From assembly GCA_028534125.1 (NCBI GenBank), contig CM052817.1, forward strand, positions 30,754,001-30,818,000: a stretch of DNA of 64,000 bases, read 5' to 3'. The notes below the pieces were generated by a model. That model had not been told where the DNA came from. It searched no databases and saw only the letters and a program-made list of their open reading frames with translations. Below, in pieces: positions 14,460 to 26,900 of the stretch (the first letter of the stretch is position 1; each line of letters opens with the position of its first letter). The translations under genes were made by a program, and so were the position numbers. The DNA comes from Lama glama (taxonomy: Eukaryota).

Positions 14460-15560
14460 GTTCATCTGACTCATCTATCAGTTAATTCAGAAATTATTTC
14501 TCGAGAACAATAACTATGAGCTAAGCATCACTTAGATGCTAGAAAGAATGGATGAATAAAATATAATTCCATCCCTGGGGAGCCTACAGTATAGAAAGGA
14601 GACATAAAGAAACAGGTAGTTTTGGTAAATGTGATCAATGTGAAGTAAAGGTAAGCATGAGGTGCTGTAAGATTTCCAGTCTTGCGAGGTGAAGGAATTA
14701 TCCCCAAATGAAGGGACATCTAAGTTGATGTCATCAATTTAGGACTAAATTATGGGAGATGGAGAGGAGGCACAGGCAGAGAGTGTAGTCAGAGTTGGGG
14801 CAAAGGCGCAGAGAAGTAGAGATGCTAAAAGGCATATTCAGAATGTTGGTGTATGACGGCACGAGAGAACTTGATCCATTCAGTAAGTGATAACTAAGAT
14901 TTCATGACTACAGAGTAGAGTTCATCACGGAGGAAGAAATGAGAGATGAGACTGGACATATAAATAGATCATAAATGGTCTGAAACATCATGTCAGGACA
15001 TTTTAATTTAATCCTGAGAGCAATGGGGAGCCATATGAGAAAAGTAGAGACATGATCAGATTCTCATTTTAGAACACGATTCCTCTGACAATAATGTGAA
15101 AAATGAATTTGAAAGGTGGGTGAATTGAAGGCAGGGAAACAAATTAGAATTGTACAGTTATTCAGAAGAAAAACGATGGTGTCCTGAACTAAGACTATGG
15201 TAGTAAGTAGGAGAGAAGGGGATAAACTTGAAGGTTGACCCTTGAACAACACAGATTTGAACTGTGTAGATCCACTTACATGTGGCTTTTATTTCAACAG
15301 TAAATATCGTGGTACTGTGTGGTCCAAGGTTGGTTGAATTGAAGGATGCAGCATGTGGATATGAGGAACCACAGATACAGAGCGTAGACTGTAAATTATT
15401 GCAGATTTTCAACTGCGCAGAGTGTCAGCACCCCTAACTCCCAGGGTTGCTAAAGGATCAATTGTGTTTAGAAGTTGTAAATGAAGGAAATCCCTAACTG
15501 ATTGGATGGGGGAGGGGAGCCCGAGTGAAGGAGAAGACAAAACCAAGGATAATACTTAAG
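14460..15560 (-). mobile_element. L2 fragment, interrupted by MER8
   Basis: tttatcctgagagcaatggggagccat...catgatcagatt...ggtgtcctgaactaag are antisense L2 motifs, and they continue after 15465. Confidence 0.7.
15232..15464 (+). mobile_element. MER8 (Tigger/TcMar non-autonomous DNA transposon)
   Basis: TIRs ggttgacccttgaacaac ... gttgctaaaggatcaattg; ~233 bp; body matches recalled MER8 consensus. Confidence 0.85.
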
Positions 15561-16273
15561 TAAATCAACAACAGATATGGTGCCTAGGATGTGAAAGGTA
15601 AATGGCTACTACTTGACACAGTGATGGTCAGTCTCCTTTGTTAGCATTTGCTTGTATATTACAAGATAAATACATTTTGTCTTGTTATCAATTTCCTTCT
15701 ATCAAAATCACCTCATGTTTAGAATCATCTAGTCCTCGTGGAAAACATGATTTCTTTGACCTTCCTGTTGGGAACCAGAATTGCAGTTGTATTTTTTATT
15801 ATGAACTAAAAATATGCTGTGAACTGCATTCAGAAAGTCTGTACCAATGCTTTGTGCAGCAGCTCCCTGGTAGGACTTTTCGATGATGTTATGGAATAAG
15901 AGCAGTCAGCTAAAATGTTTCCCCACCAGTGTCTGGCAGGTCAAAGCAGGATGCAAGGACGATGTCCCTAAACACAAGGATTCCACATTTTTTTCTCTTG
16001 TTTTAACTTGTCAAGTGAGTGAGCAATGCCCTTCTGGCAGCGCTGACCCCAGGCACATTGTGAATTGTATAAAATCTGTCTCTGCAGTCGGTAGCTCTCA
16101 TTTTCTCCTCCCCTGTCATTCTCCTTCCCTTTAGGCGTATCCTGCTCTAAAATGGCAAGGGTTTCTGCTGATTGCTCTCTCTGGACCAGAGGAACACACA
16201 CATATACACACAAACACTTTCAGGTAAAGGTTTTAGAGTAAACCATAGGGACAAAATAATGTAATACTAGACA

Positions 16274-16600
16274 TTTATTTTTTTCATTGAAGTATAGTTG
16301 ATTTACAATATTGTGTTAGTTTTAGATGTACAGCAAAGTGATTCCATTCTATGTATATTTATGTATTCTTTTCTATTATAGGTTATTACAAGACAGTGAA
16401 TATAGTTCTCTGTGCTGTACAGTAGGACCTTGTTGCTTATCTATTTTATGTGTAGTAGTGTGTATCTGTTAATACAATACTCCTCATTTATCCCTCCTCC
16501 CCTTTCCCCTTTGGTAATCATTGGTTTGTTTTCTATGTCTGTGAGTCTGTTTCTGTTTTGTAAATGAGTTCACTTGTATTAGTTTTTAGATTGCACATAA
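16274..16600 (-). mobile_element. Younger L1 3' end, 5'-truncated
   Basis: T-tract followed by attgaagtatagttgatttacaatattgtgttagtt...tgtacagcaaagtgattc, the cetartiodactyl L1 3' UTR. Confidence 0.88.
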
Positions 16601-17334
16601 GATATTTGCCTTTCTCTGTATATTCACCATTTAGTTTTATTTCCCCTAGAATTCTACATAGAGCATGGATGTACATATGTAGACATGTGCATGGCACGTG
16701 GATGGACAAAACAAGTTGGAGGTGCTTGCCATATCAGACCCCACAAGCCATCAGCTAGTTCATTGCTAGGTCAGACTGACCCTGGATCTTGGTGTTTGTA
16801 TTTGCATAATTAAAAAAAATAACATTGCTTTTTTGGTCAAAAAATTCTAAATATACTACTTAGATGCTAGCTGGGTGAAGAATAATAACAATAACAATTA
16901 TGTCAGCTCACATCTATTGAAAGGCTTGATACAAGCTAGGTCTCGTTTTATTCCTCCAGCCCACCCATCTTACGCCTGTCTTAGAAGTTGGAACTAGCCA
17001 TATTTCCCTGTGGAACCTCACTGAGAATGGAAGAGCTTTCTGTCTTGTCCGTTGTTGCATCCTCTGCACTGAAAGCTATCTTTGTTGCATAATATACACT
17101 GACTACCCATCTCTCAGTATACAAATGAATGCTGTTCATTAATTGTTTTATGTGTATTTATCTTTTCTCCCTGACCGCACTGAAGGTGGAGGCATGATAC
17201 ATTTTATATTGCATACTAGAGCTAAAATTCTAGAAGCTAAAATTCTAAGTACTAAAATATTACTGATAAGGTTGAGTGACTAATTATGTTACTATCTGAA
17301 AAATAGACAAAATTCAACAGAACAGCTTCAGAAG

Positions 17335-17804
17335 GTACGTTGGTTTCTGACACCTGCTGTAATAAATTACCACAAGCCAGGTGACTTCAATTAGCAGACA
17401 CTTTTTTCTCTCAGAGGCCTGATGGCTAGAAGTTTGAAATCAAGGTGTCAGCAGAACTGTGCTCTCTCTGAAAATTCTAGAAGAGGATTCTTTCTTGTCT
17501 CTTTCAGCTTCGAGTGGCTGCAGGCATTCCTTGGCTTGCGGCCACATAACCCCAAGCCTGGTTTTCATCTTCACATCGCTTTTCCTCTTCTTCCTTGTTC
17601 TCTCCATGTAAGTTTCTTGCAAGGAAGGACGCTTGTCATTGGCTTTAGGAAACACCTGAATAATCCAGAATGATCTTGTCTCAAGATCTTTAACTTAATT
17701 ACAACTGGAATGTCCCCTTTTCCAAATAAAGTTATACTCTCAGGTTCTGGGAATTAGGATATGGACATATCTTTTGGGGGAGCCACCATTCAACCTGTTA
17801 TACA
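17335..17804 (-). mobile_element. MLT1C-like MaLR solo LTR
   Basis: gctgtaataaattaccacaa...gaaatcaaggtgtcagcag...caggttctgggaattaggatatggacatatcttttggggg...attcaacctgttataca. Confidence 0.85.
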
Positions 17805-17805
17805 A

Positions 17806-17920
17806 GGCATGGGATAGTAGAAAATGTACAACTCTGGAGTCAGGCACACCTGGATTCAAAACCCAGCTCAGATATTTACAACTGGCCTTTTAAATCTCTT
17901 TCAACCTCAGTTTTTATTAT
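17806..17920 (+). mobile_element. MIR fragment
   Basis: actctggagtcaggcacacctggattcaaaacccagctc...cctcagttt. Confidence 0.7.
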
Positions 17921-20900
17921 GATTATATCTGCTTTTATGAGCCCCTAAGACTACCATGTGACATAATGTATAGCAAGAGAGTGGGGAAGTCCATTGTAAA
18001 TGCTCAAGGAATGTTTCCAATTCTTCTCACACTGTAAGCACCTTGACTGAAAGTACTTAAGTAGTTCAAGGTTTTCTTCTGAATGCCAGTTGTAACTTTT
18101 ATGATATTTTATTGGCTATTTCTCTTCTCAAAACCTTCTCAGGAATTCTCTCACTGTTCACTCATAACAAAATTTGTCAAACAATATAGTCTTACAACGA
18201 AGTGCAACAAAAGCTGTTTGGGACTTATAACTAGGCTTCTGTCCTTGGGAGTTCGAAATCAACATTCATTTTTGGATATCTGGAGGGAATTACAAGTGAT
18301 GAGGATAGGCCCTTGTTCCTTGGTGCTGTTGACCGGGAAAAGCTAAGTGGATCATTAGTGCATCATTGTGTCTTCTATGACACTGTGTCAAAGACATAGT
18401 TTCTTTTAAATACCAGAGATGCTTGCCTCAAGTTCTTATTTTGAGAACACCAAGAATCTCATGAGGTAGTCTTTACTTAAAACAAAATTAAATATGAGTA
18501 TGAATGAGATTAAAGACTTCAATAAAGGAGCAGAATATAGAACTCTCAGACACATAGAACTTCAAAAATCCTTATTTATATGCCAAATTAATTAATGTAA
18601 ACTTGGGTGGCAGGGGAGGGCTGCATGGTCACAACTTCATAGCTAGAAATAAGATAGATCTCTATATTATATGCTGTGTTCAAAAAATTAATTCAGTGTC
18701 ACCAAGAAATCACTCTTAGCACTAACTGATCAGTTTATTCATCAATGCAAACATCCAAGATTGTTAATGAGTACCTGTTATATTCTGTAGGTTGTGCATG
18801 ACATGGTAAAAGAAAACACATAAACCCTGCTTTCCTGAAAGGCAGAGCCAAGGCAGGGCCACAGACAGACATGTAAATAGATAAATGGAGTGTGATATAC
18901 CACGTTTAATGAGAAGACATAGCAGTAGCATAGAGAGTAACTCCCCTGGGGTTCCAGTGCTTAGCAGAATGTCTGGCACATAGTAACTATTCAAAAATAG
19001 CTCACAGATGAACAAGTGATTGCCTTGGGGTAAGTTTCAATCAGTAGACACGTCTAAATCAAAACTATTGAGATCCTAAACTAGGCAATTTCAGGTTGTA
19101 AAGAAAGAGTTGGGTTCCTGTTATTTGAGTTGATGATGCCTGGAGGAGTTCTAAGAACTGGTAACACTCAATACCCACATAATTGGGCTTCACTGGGAAA
19201 TCGGACCCGGCTGAGTATCCTTGATTGGCTCCCAAGATCCCCAGCAATGCCATTCAAGTGACAGTTGCTTGTTGCTTTTGTTTTATCTGTAAGCACTTTT
19301 GGTCCCCCTGCTTTCATCAGCAATTCTTGCTAGCCTCCTTCCTTTTTCTTTTCCTCAATACTGCTTCCTCTCTGTGTGTCTTTGTTTCTGCTCCAGGCTG
19401 CTAACAGTGTCCCCTTTCTGTGTGCCTTAACCTTCCAACTCAAGAGGGAGTCTCTATGCAGTACAGAGCACACATAATGTACAGAATGAATATGCAAAGA
19501 CAATTCACAGCCTATTGCCCTGTCTAAGTCCTTTTAAGTCCTTTCTTTGCATCAGACTTGTGGCTAGTATGGGGAAGTCATGTGACCAGAATTTGGTCAA
19601 ATATGTATAAAAACTAATATCTGTGGACACAGGTCACCCTCATGGGATTATTTTACTTGCAGGATAACAATCACAGTGGGGTGCCCAGTGGTGTCGTGAG
19701 AACAATTGAAATAAAGCATCCTCTTGGGGGTATCTCTAAGTCATATCTGCAGTAGTCACTATTTGTTGAGTACATAATTGTATACTAAGTGCTGTCTTAA
19801 GCCTTTTATCTTATATCTCGATTAATTCCAATCTAATGGTAAGGAAGCTGGACCTCGGAAAGATCAAGTGAATTGGCAACAGATCTGGTAAGAAACAAAG
19901 CTGGAACTGCATTTGGATCTATTCGCTCCAAACCCTACACTCTAATTGTGATACCACATGTCTATAGTTTCTAAAAGTGCAGCTCAGCAATGGATTTTAA
20001 AGACACTAATACAGCTAACAGCACATCATGCTTAACTCAGAAGTAAGGTAATCATACTTAGTCTTAGGAGACCAGCCTAGATGCATTATGACTCTTCTAT
20101 CATGTCATGAACAACCAGAACATCAAAGCCAGGAAGCTGGCTGTTTTCCTGAGTGATCATTATTTATTCAGTTCATATCAATATATTTAAATCTAGTAAA
20201 CATCCACTGGTGTCTATGTGCTAGACACTGTGGGCCTACCAAGATGAATGAGACATGGGCCACACCTTCAAAAGCACAGAGCAGGGAGGCAGGTAAAAAG
20301 CCAAATCATGACCATACTAAGTAGATGGATAAATGCTGTAGTAGAGAACCTTGCTTGTCAAAGAAGAGTCTGGACTTCTCTTTTTGGCGGTATGGCAACT
20401 ATAAGCAATTTTCTTCTGCCAAGCAGATCTTCCCCAGGATGTGAATCAGGAAACACACAAGTGCTGTCCGTGGTGACTCCACACTGAACTACAGCATCCT
20501 TTGCCTTCATATACAGTTGCAGTGTGGCAAGCCGGCTAGTGTTTTCCACCACTCCCCTGAAAACTGGGGCTCATGACTGCTGTCCAGAGTGTCCTCTTCA
20601 AATGTTTCAAATATTAAGGCCATCGATGACACACATACGTGCACATGCTTATATTCAAGAAAAGGGGAAAAGGGAATGGAGAAAGAGAAAAAAATGTGCT
20701 GTGAGCACAGGAAGGATTTTTATGGACTTGTCTTTCATCTTGCAGAAGAAATGAGCATGATGTAGCATGTCTATTTATAGATCTCTAAAAATGATCTCTA
20801 GTCAGGTAATCCTGCAAAATCAGGGAACGCATACATAACATAATGAATATTTAAATGTAACGGGAACTTCAGATCCTCCCGAAACTAAGGTATTTCAGTG

Positions 20901-22889
20901 GCAACATCAGAAGGGGACTGATTCCAAAGGGATGAGAATTGTGTTACCATGGCAACTCCCAGGCTGACTCATTCATAGAGAACTCCTTAAACTTGTGACA
21001 TGAGAGAAATTGCTTGAGGATTTTTAACACTGTACCAAAATACACATTGCTTCATGCAGATGAGAAAATACATCAGCAGAGCCTTTTTTCTCCCCCTCCC
21101 TGAGGCTGTCTATGATGTTTTTAGACAAGACCTCTCTTGTCCTTCGGTCTTCCCCATGTTCAGGCTGGAGAAATGGCTCTGAGGAGGTGGGGAGAATTGA
21201 AGGGAACTCAAGCTGCTCTTCAGAAGTAAAATTCTGCATTATGTTTTCAGATATCACTTTAGTGGCCACACCACCTGCTGATCCTTGATTTCCACTCATG
21301 TCTGAGCTGGGGATTCAACTGCCAGTAGGCTTCCAAGTTACATGTTTTAGAAACAAATGTGCAAAGACAGAAGTAAGTTGAAGGGACAGGAAAACACACA
21401 GTTCTCCCTCTTTCTCGCTCCCTCTTTGCTCCTTTAGTATTCATGAAAATGTGTTTATAGGCAACGCTAAGAGAAGTTTCCAGGTTTACATTCCATTTGC
21501 ATAGTGGAAACAGAGTACAAAAGGAAAGTGATCAAATAGGAAATGACGTAAATGGAGACAGGAACAGATTTTGTAAGACTAAGGAAAATATAGACATTGC
21601 TCGTTTAGGCTTTTCAAGAACCCTGAGGGTGTATACCCTGGGTGCTGTTTCTCAAATTAAGATCTGAGAATTAATAATCTCCTTGAAAGCATCTATCAAA
21701 AAGTGTAGATTTCAGGACTGTGTGCCTCAGAATCATATTCAGCAGTCCAAGCAGTCATGGTGGTAAATATACACACTGAGTGTGAGGATCGTTCATTTGG
21801 ACAACCTACTCATTTTACCAGATGTAAGAGCTCCCTGTCTGAGAATTTGACTTGCCAAAGATTATCCATGGGTCTAAAACCCACTTCTTCAGTGCCTCAG
21901 ATTCATTCTCATTGCAACTCAAGTTTTCTAAGATAATGTATTAAATTTTTTAATAATGCAAAGCTTAGAATGTGACTAAATTAATACCTTTTAAATAGCC
22001 TTAAAATGAATGTATTGGGGTGTGATGCCACAATTTAATTAGAAAGTTGATTGGCTGGTAGTAAATTATTCAAGGCAATTGCTTCTTCTGGGTCATTTTT
22101 GTTGCTGATGCCTAACTGTGAAACAAGCATGTCTCCTACCGAGTGGATGAGGCACACTAAAATAAAATAATATAGTTTAAAAAGTGAGTCTCGTCATTTA
22201 TTCACATCTTGTACTTTACAAGGGAGAACAATTTTCTCAGCTAAAGATTGAAAGTTCATTTACATGGAGTTTATCTACAGATTTTGATACTTAAGACTTC
22301 ATAGTCACCAGTACCCAACCTCACCCTTGAGTGGTAATAGATCCATTGCCTTGTATTCACACAATAAGAGAGCATTTTGGCCCTTGGCCAGTGGAAGAAG
22401 GAAGACTGATATGCCCTAAGCTTCTGTCTTAGGCCCCTCTCTTGCCTCAATCTATAAATTTACTTTGATAACTTCATTTAATCTCATAGCCATAGTGTTG
22501 ATGAGGACTCATTAATTTGTATCTTTTATATCTGTACCCTCAATATCTCTACTGAGATAAGATATTTCTTCCATGGCTTTATATCAGCTAATATTTTATC
22601 TCTACTTCAAGCACTTTAAAGTAATTTCCAACTCAAATACATCACATTTTCCCTAAATTCTGATACTTCTCTAGTGCTTACTGTTTTTTCTTTATCCCCC
22701 ATATCCATAGCAACCAGTTTAAATCCATTCTCTTTCCTTTCAATATTTTTTCTCTGTTTCTCCCATTATATGACCTCTACTTTTTCTGACCGTGTTCAGG
22801 CTCATAGGTATGTTTCATCTCTATTACAAATTTTAATTGCTTTTTCTTTTTCTTAACTCAGTTGCCTGCCTCAGGATTTTTCCTCAGTC

Positions 22890-24350
22890 TAATCATTTAT
22901 TGATTCATTAGTTTTTGGGCACCGACTAGACTGCAGACCCTGTAGGCAGCCCTGGCGAATAACCAGATAGAGATGTCCTCATGCAGCTCACAGTCTAGTG
23001 GAGGAAATAGACCGGCACCCAGTCAGCTTCCTTGTAGAATGACGCAGGCTGCGGTAAGAAGGGTCTTCAGGACAGACAGGAGGGGCCCAACTCAGACTTC
23101 CTGTCTCCTGACTAAGGAGGAAGACGTGTCATTTGGTTTCTGATCTGAGGCCTCTATCAGTTGGGGACAGCCAGGCAAAGCATCCAGAGAGGAAGAGTGA
23201 GTGTGCCAGGCCCAGAAGACTCCGTAGCAAGAGGAAACAGCATGTGTTTGAAGAACTGAGAGAAGACGGGGTGGTTGGATGATAAAGAGAAAGCAGGTAG
23301 GAAGTGTGGCTGGAGAGAGAGGAACAGAGGAGGTGTGTCATTTGCACTTAGGGAATTTGTATTTTTTGTGCTTGTAACATTGAGGAGCCATTAAAGTTCG
23401 ACCTTGGGAGCAACATGATCATAATTGTGATTTAAAAAATTGAATTTGAAATACCATTTTACCTGTCATACAAAAAATGAATTAGAGAAGGGCAAAAAAA
23501 TAAATAAATGAAAGCAAATGACTAGTTAGGAGCCTACTGCAGTAAATCAGGTGAGAAAAGGTAAAGGGCAAACTGGGTCAGAGTGATACAGGAAAAAGGA
23601 TAGGGGAGGGGGTCACAAGGATGGCCGTGTCCCAGGTCTCGGTCAAGTCCTTAGGACATGCCTCACCAAGTGAGGCTCCTTGGCTTCGCACAGGAAAGAA
23701 CTCAAGAACAAGCTGCAGTTGAGTAAAAGTAGATTTATTTAGAGATGTACACCAGAATGGGGCGAGAGGGTTATTACAGTAAAGGTTAAAGTAAAAAGAG
23801 CGACCACGAGGTGCAGTGTTGCTAGTTTTTATACGCTAACAAGTGAGTATTACCCAACTACTTTGAGGAAGGGGCGGGGATTGCCAGGAATTGGACCACC
23901 ACCCTCTCTTTGATCTTTCATGCTTAGCTTCGGAACTGTTAGGGTGCTCGTGGGTGTGACATTCACCACGCTAGTATGTTAAAATGTGTATAATGTGTTT
24001 CAGGGTCCACTGGAGCTCCAACCTCCCACCATCATGGGCCTCAGGGTCTCCTGGGAATTGACTTTTCCACCATCTTGGTGCTGACTGCTGTGTCATTCTT
24101 TTAATGGCTGTGTCCTGCCCCCTTCCCTCCTGTCTCATTAGCAACTGTAAGCAGAATAAAGAGATATTTTTATAAAATAAAAATCCAGGTTTTATTGATT
24201 TATTTTATGTGGACAGTGAGGAAGAGAAGAGTCAAGATTCCTAGTTTCTGATTTGATCCACAGGGTAGGTGACTATACTGTTCACTGAGAATAGGGATGG
24301 AGATGGAGGACCAGATTTAAGTGAGAGTGGGCATGATTCTGCCTTGGGCC
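22890..24350 (-). mobile_element. L2 fragment, interrupted by an ERV LTR
   Basis: catgcagctcacagtctagtggagga...gactagttaggagcctactgcagtaaatcaggtgaga, resuming after 24137. Confidence 0.7.
23584..24137 (-). mobile_element. ERV1-like solo LTR
   Basis: TG...CA termini (tgatacagga ... cctgtctca); minus-strand AATAAA near 23734-23739; GC-richer than flanks; inserted in L2. TSD unclear. Confidence 0.75.
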
Positions 24351-25042
24351 ATGGATGGTTCCTTCATTCATTCAGCACTCTATCATCTTGGCGCTAAAGG
24401 CATAGACGTAAACCATAGTAGCCCCTACCCTCAACCAGTTTATGCGCACCCATTTCTAGAGTGTTGTCATGCACACACAGCCTAAATTAAAAGATCTTTA
24501 ACCTGTAGATACTTACTGTGTTAGCCTTTCATCTTACTATCACTTAGAAATAATTTCTAACAAGGGAAATATAGTTGCAACCGTAACTCATGACTAAGGA
24601 GGCTTTTATTTGAAAATGGTGAAATACTTTGGCAGGATTTTGAATGTGAAAGCCATCCCACCAAAAGAAAATTACTCTACTTCCTGTACTCCTGGAGGAT
24701 TATTATGGAACAAAAATGTTGCCTTTCCCTTAGCTAATATCTGAAAAATCATCCAGGGCAGTGATGAACAATCGACTGTGCTGAGCATTCCGTGGGGATG
24801 TCAACAGTGCACAGATAAGAGCATGGCAGCCGTGTTCATTACCATCAGCAGCTGATGAAGGGGAGTTCATGGATAAAACATCAGAGAGGGCTGGGAAGTC
24901 TACATTAGAACTGAATGTTAATGATTAATCGGCATCCCTAAAAAAGCATGGCAGAAGTCAGCCTTAGACAAGAGATAAAAGCCTTGTTCTGGGAGGAATA
25001 TCTTTTGTGCTTATGATACATGCTTAAGCTGTTGCTTGTTAT

Positions 25043-25156
25043 TGTTGGTTCTTTTTTTTTTTTTGATTAGCAAGATTGTATTTATTTATTTTATTTATTT
25101 TTAATATCTATTTTTATTGACATATAGTCAGTTTACAATGTTGTGTCAATTTCTGA
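25043..25156 (-). mobile_element. Very short L1 3' end insertion with 10-bp TSD
   Basis: tttttattgacatatagtcagtttacaatgttgtgtcaatttctg; direct repeat tgcttgttat at 25033-25042 and 25157-25166. Confidence 0.8.
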
Positions 25157-25167
25157 TGCTTGTTATG

Positions 25168-25410
25168 TGGTACAGTGGGAAGAACTAGGAATTTAAAGTC
25201 AGACTCAGGTTCAAATTGCAGCTTCGACTTTTTCTAGAAGAGTCACTTTGAGCATCATCCCCTAAATTCAGAGACTCATCTATAAAAATAGAATATTAAT
25301 CTCAACTTCATAGAGCTGTTGTGAGGTTTAAACAATGCAACATGTAAAAAGCACCTAATAAAGTGCCAGTCATACAGCTAAACATTCAGTAATAGCTCTT
25401 ACTATTCAGT
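25168..25410 (+). mobile_element. MIR
   Basis: caggttcaaattgcagc...ctcatctataaaaatagaat...gttgtgaggtttaaa...catgtaaaaagcacc. Confidence 0.8.
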
Positions 25411-25722
25411 ATTTAGCAGGGAAAAAATTAATAACTTAGTTAAAGAAAATAAAAATAAATATTAGGCATTGCATTATTCTATAATATGTTTTAAGTTACT
25501 TGATTTTCCCTATTTATTCAATTATATTTTTTACAATTTTTTAGGACTATTATGTACACTATTTCAGTTCATTATTTCAGCGGCCTTATTGACAATTTTC
25601 CTGCCCATCACATAGGTAAGGAGATTATCAAACTAGCTGATGAATTTGCTTAAAGATCCCAGGACTAATGAACAATGAATCTTTAACGAGACCCCAATTT
25701 CCTCAGTTCTCTTTTAGCCAAA

Positions 25723-25790
25723 GACTTAGTTGATAGCTCAGATGGTTTTAGCATGGTGTTAGCCTGGAGGTTTTGTTCCTAGTTGGGTCT
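25723..25790 (+). mobile_element. Degenerate tRNA-derived SINE head (MamSINE1-like)
   Basis: gatagctcagatggttttagcatggtgttag resembles the tRNA A-box/D-arm head of ancient mammalian SINEs. Confidence 0.45.
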
Positions 25791-26379
25791 TGTCTATATT
25801 CTTAATGCAAATCTTCTAAGCGATACATGTCTGGTATAGTTCCAAGGATGGCTGTGAAGCTGTATTAGAGGAAAATCAATCTTATTAGAAGTATTAGCTT
25901 TAGAATTCACAAGCCATTTTTTTCTACACTGCCAAAGGAATTCTTAAAGGTTTTTGGTTTTTGTCATTACATGGTATAAGGTTGTCAAGGTCCTTCTCTG
26001 CAGCACCATGTGCCACGTCACCTTTTAGCCAGAGCCACTCAAAGATTAGTAGAAGTTTGAACAGATGCTCAATGAGTTTAAGCCACTGAAAGTAGCCAAT
26101 ATGGATATTTCTGGAGCTCTTTGGTTCTGTCAATCTGACTTTAAGGTCTTAGTTGGTCCTTTTAAGAGTTTAAATTTTGTTCAATATTTAGAAAATGATT
26201 GTACCAAACATTTTCTAAATATTGAGTGCCTGTGGTTGCATTTTTATTTACTTTAGCAACTTAATCATATTAAGCTCAAGAGCATGGCATCATACAACAC
26301 AAAAGATGCCATAAAACACCAGTACTTTTGGTATTTATATCTCTATGTATCTATCTATCTATGGAAGAGAAGAAAAGAG

Positions 26380-26900
26380 ATTTATTGCAGCATTACTTTT
26401 AAGTTGTAAAAGAACCTGAAACAACTTCAATGACCATTAATAGAGTAATGATTAATTTCCATGTGGTAGTATATTGTGTAGCCATTAAGTGGAATGAGTC
26501 ATATCTCTACCCATTGATTTGGAGGAATTTCTGGGCTGTCATTAAAAATAGAAAGATTCACAGAAGTGAATATAACATAATGCTATTTCTTAAACAATGA
26601 CAAAAGTTCCAGATTTTGTGTATATATTCCTACATAGTTGCATAAGCATAAGCAACTAAATAAAAGGTTGCTTCCCAAGTTACTAATTAGTTAGTGAAAG
26701 AAAGTAGAATGAAGGGAGAGAGATTGAGAAATAAATACAAATAGACAAACAAATAAACAAATAAATATCAGTGGGAAAAGATAGCAATGCTTATGATAAA
26801 AAGTAGCATATATAGAATGACATTATTTATTTTAAAGTAGATAGAAAAATACATACCAAAATGTTGATGATGATGATCTCTGAATGGAAAATTAAAACAA
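26380..26900 (+). mobile_element. Old L1 (L1ME-like) 3' fragment
   Basis: aacctgaaacaacttcaatgaccattaatagagtaatgattaa...tattgtgtagccattaa. Confidence 0.6.
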
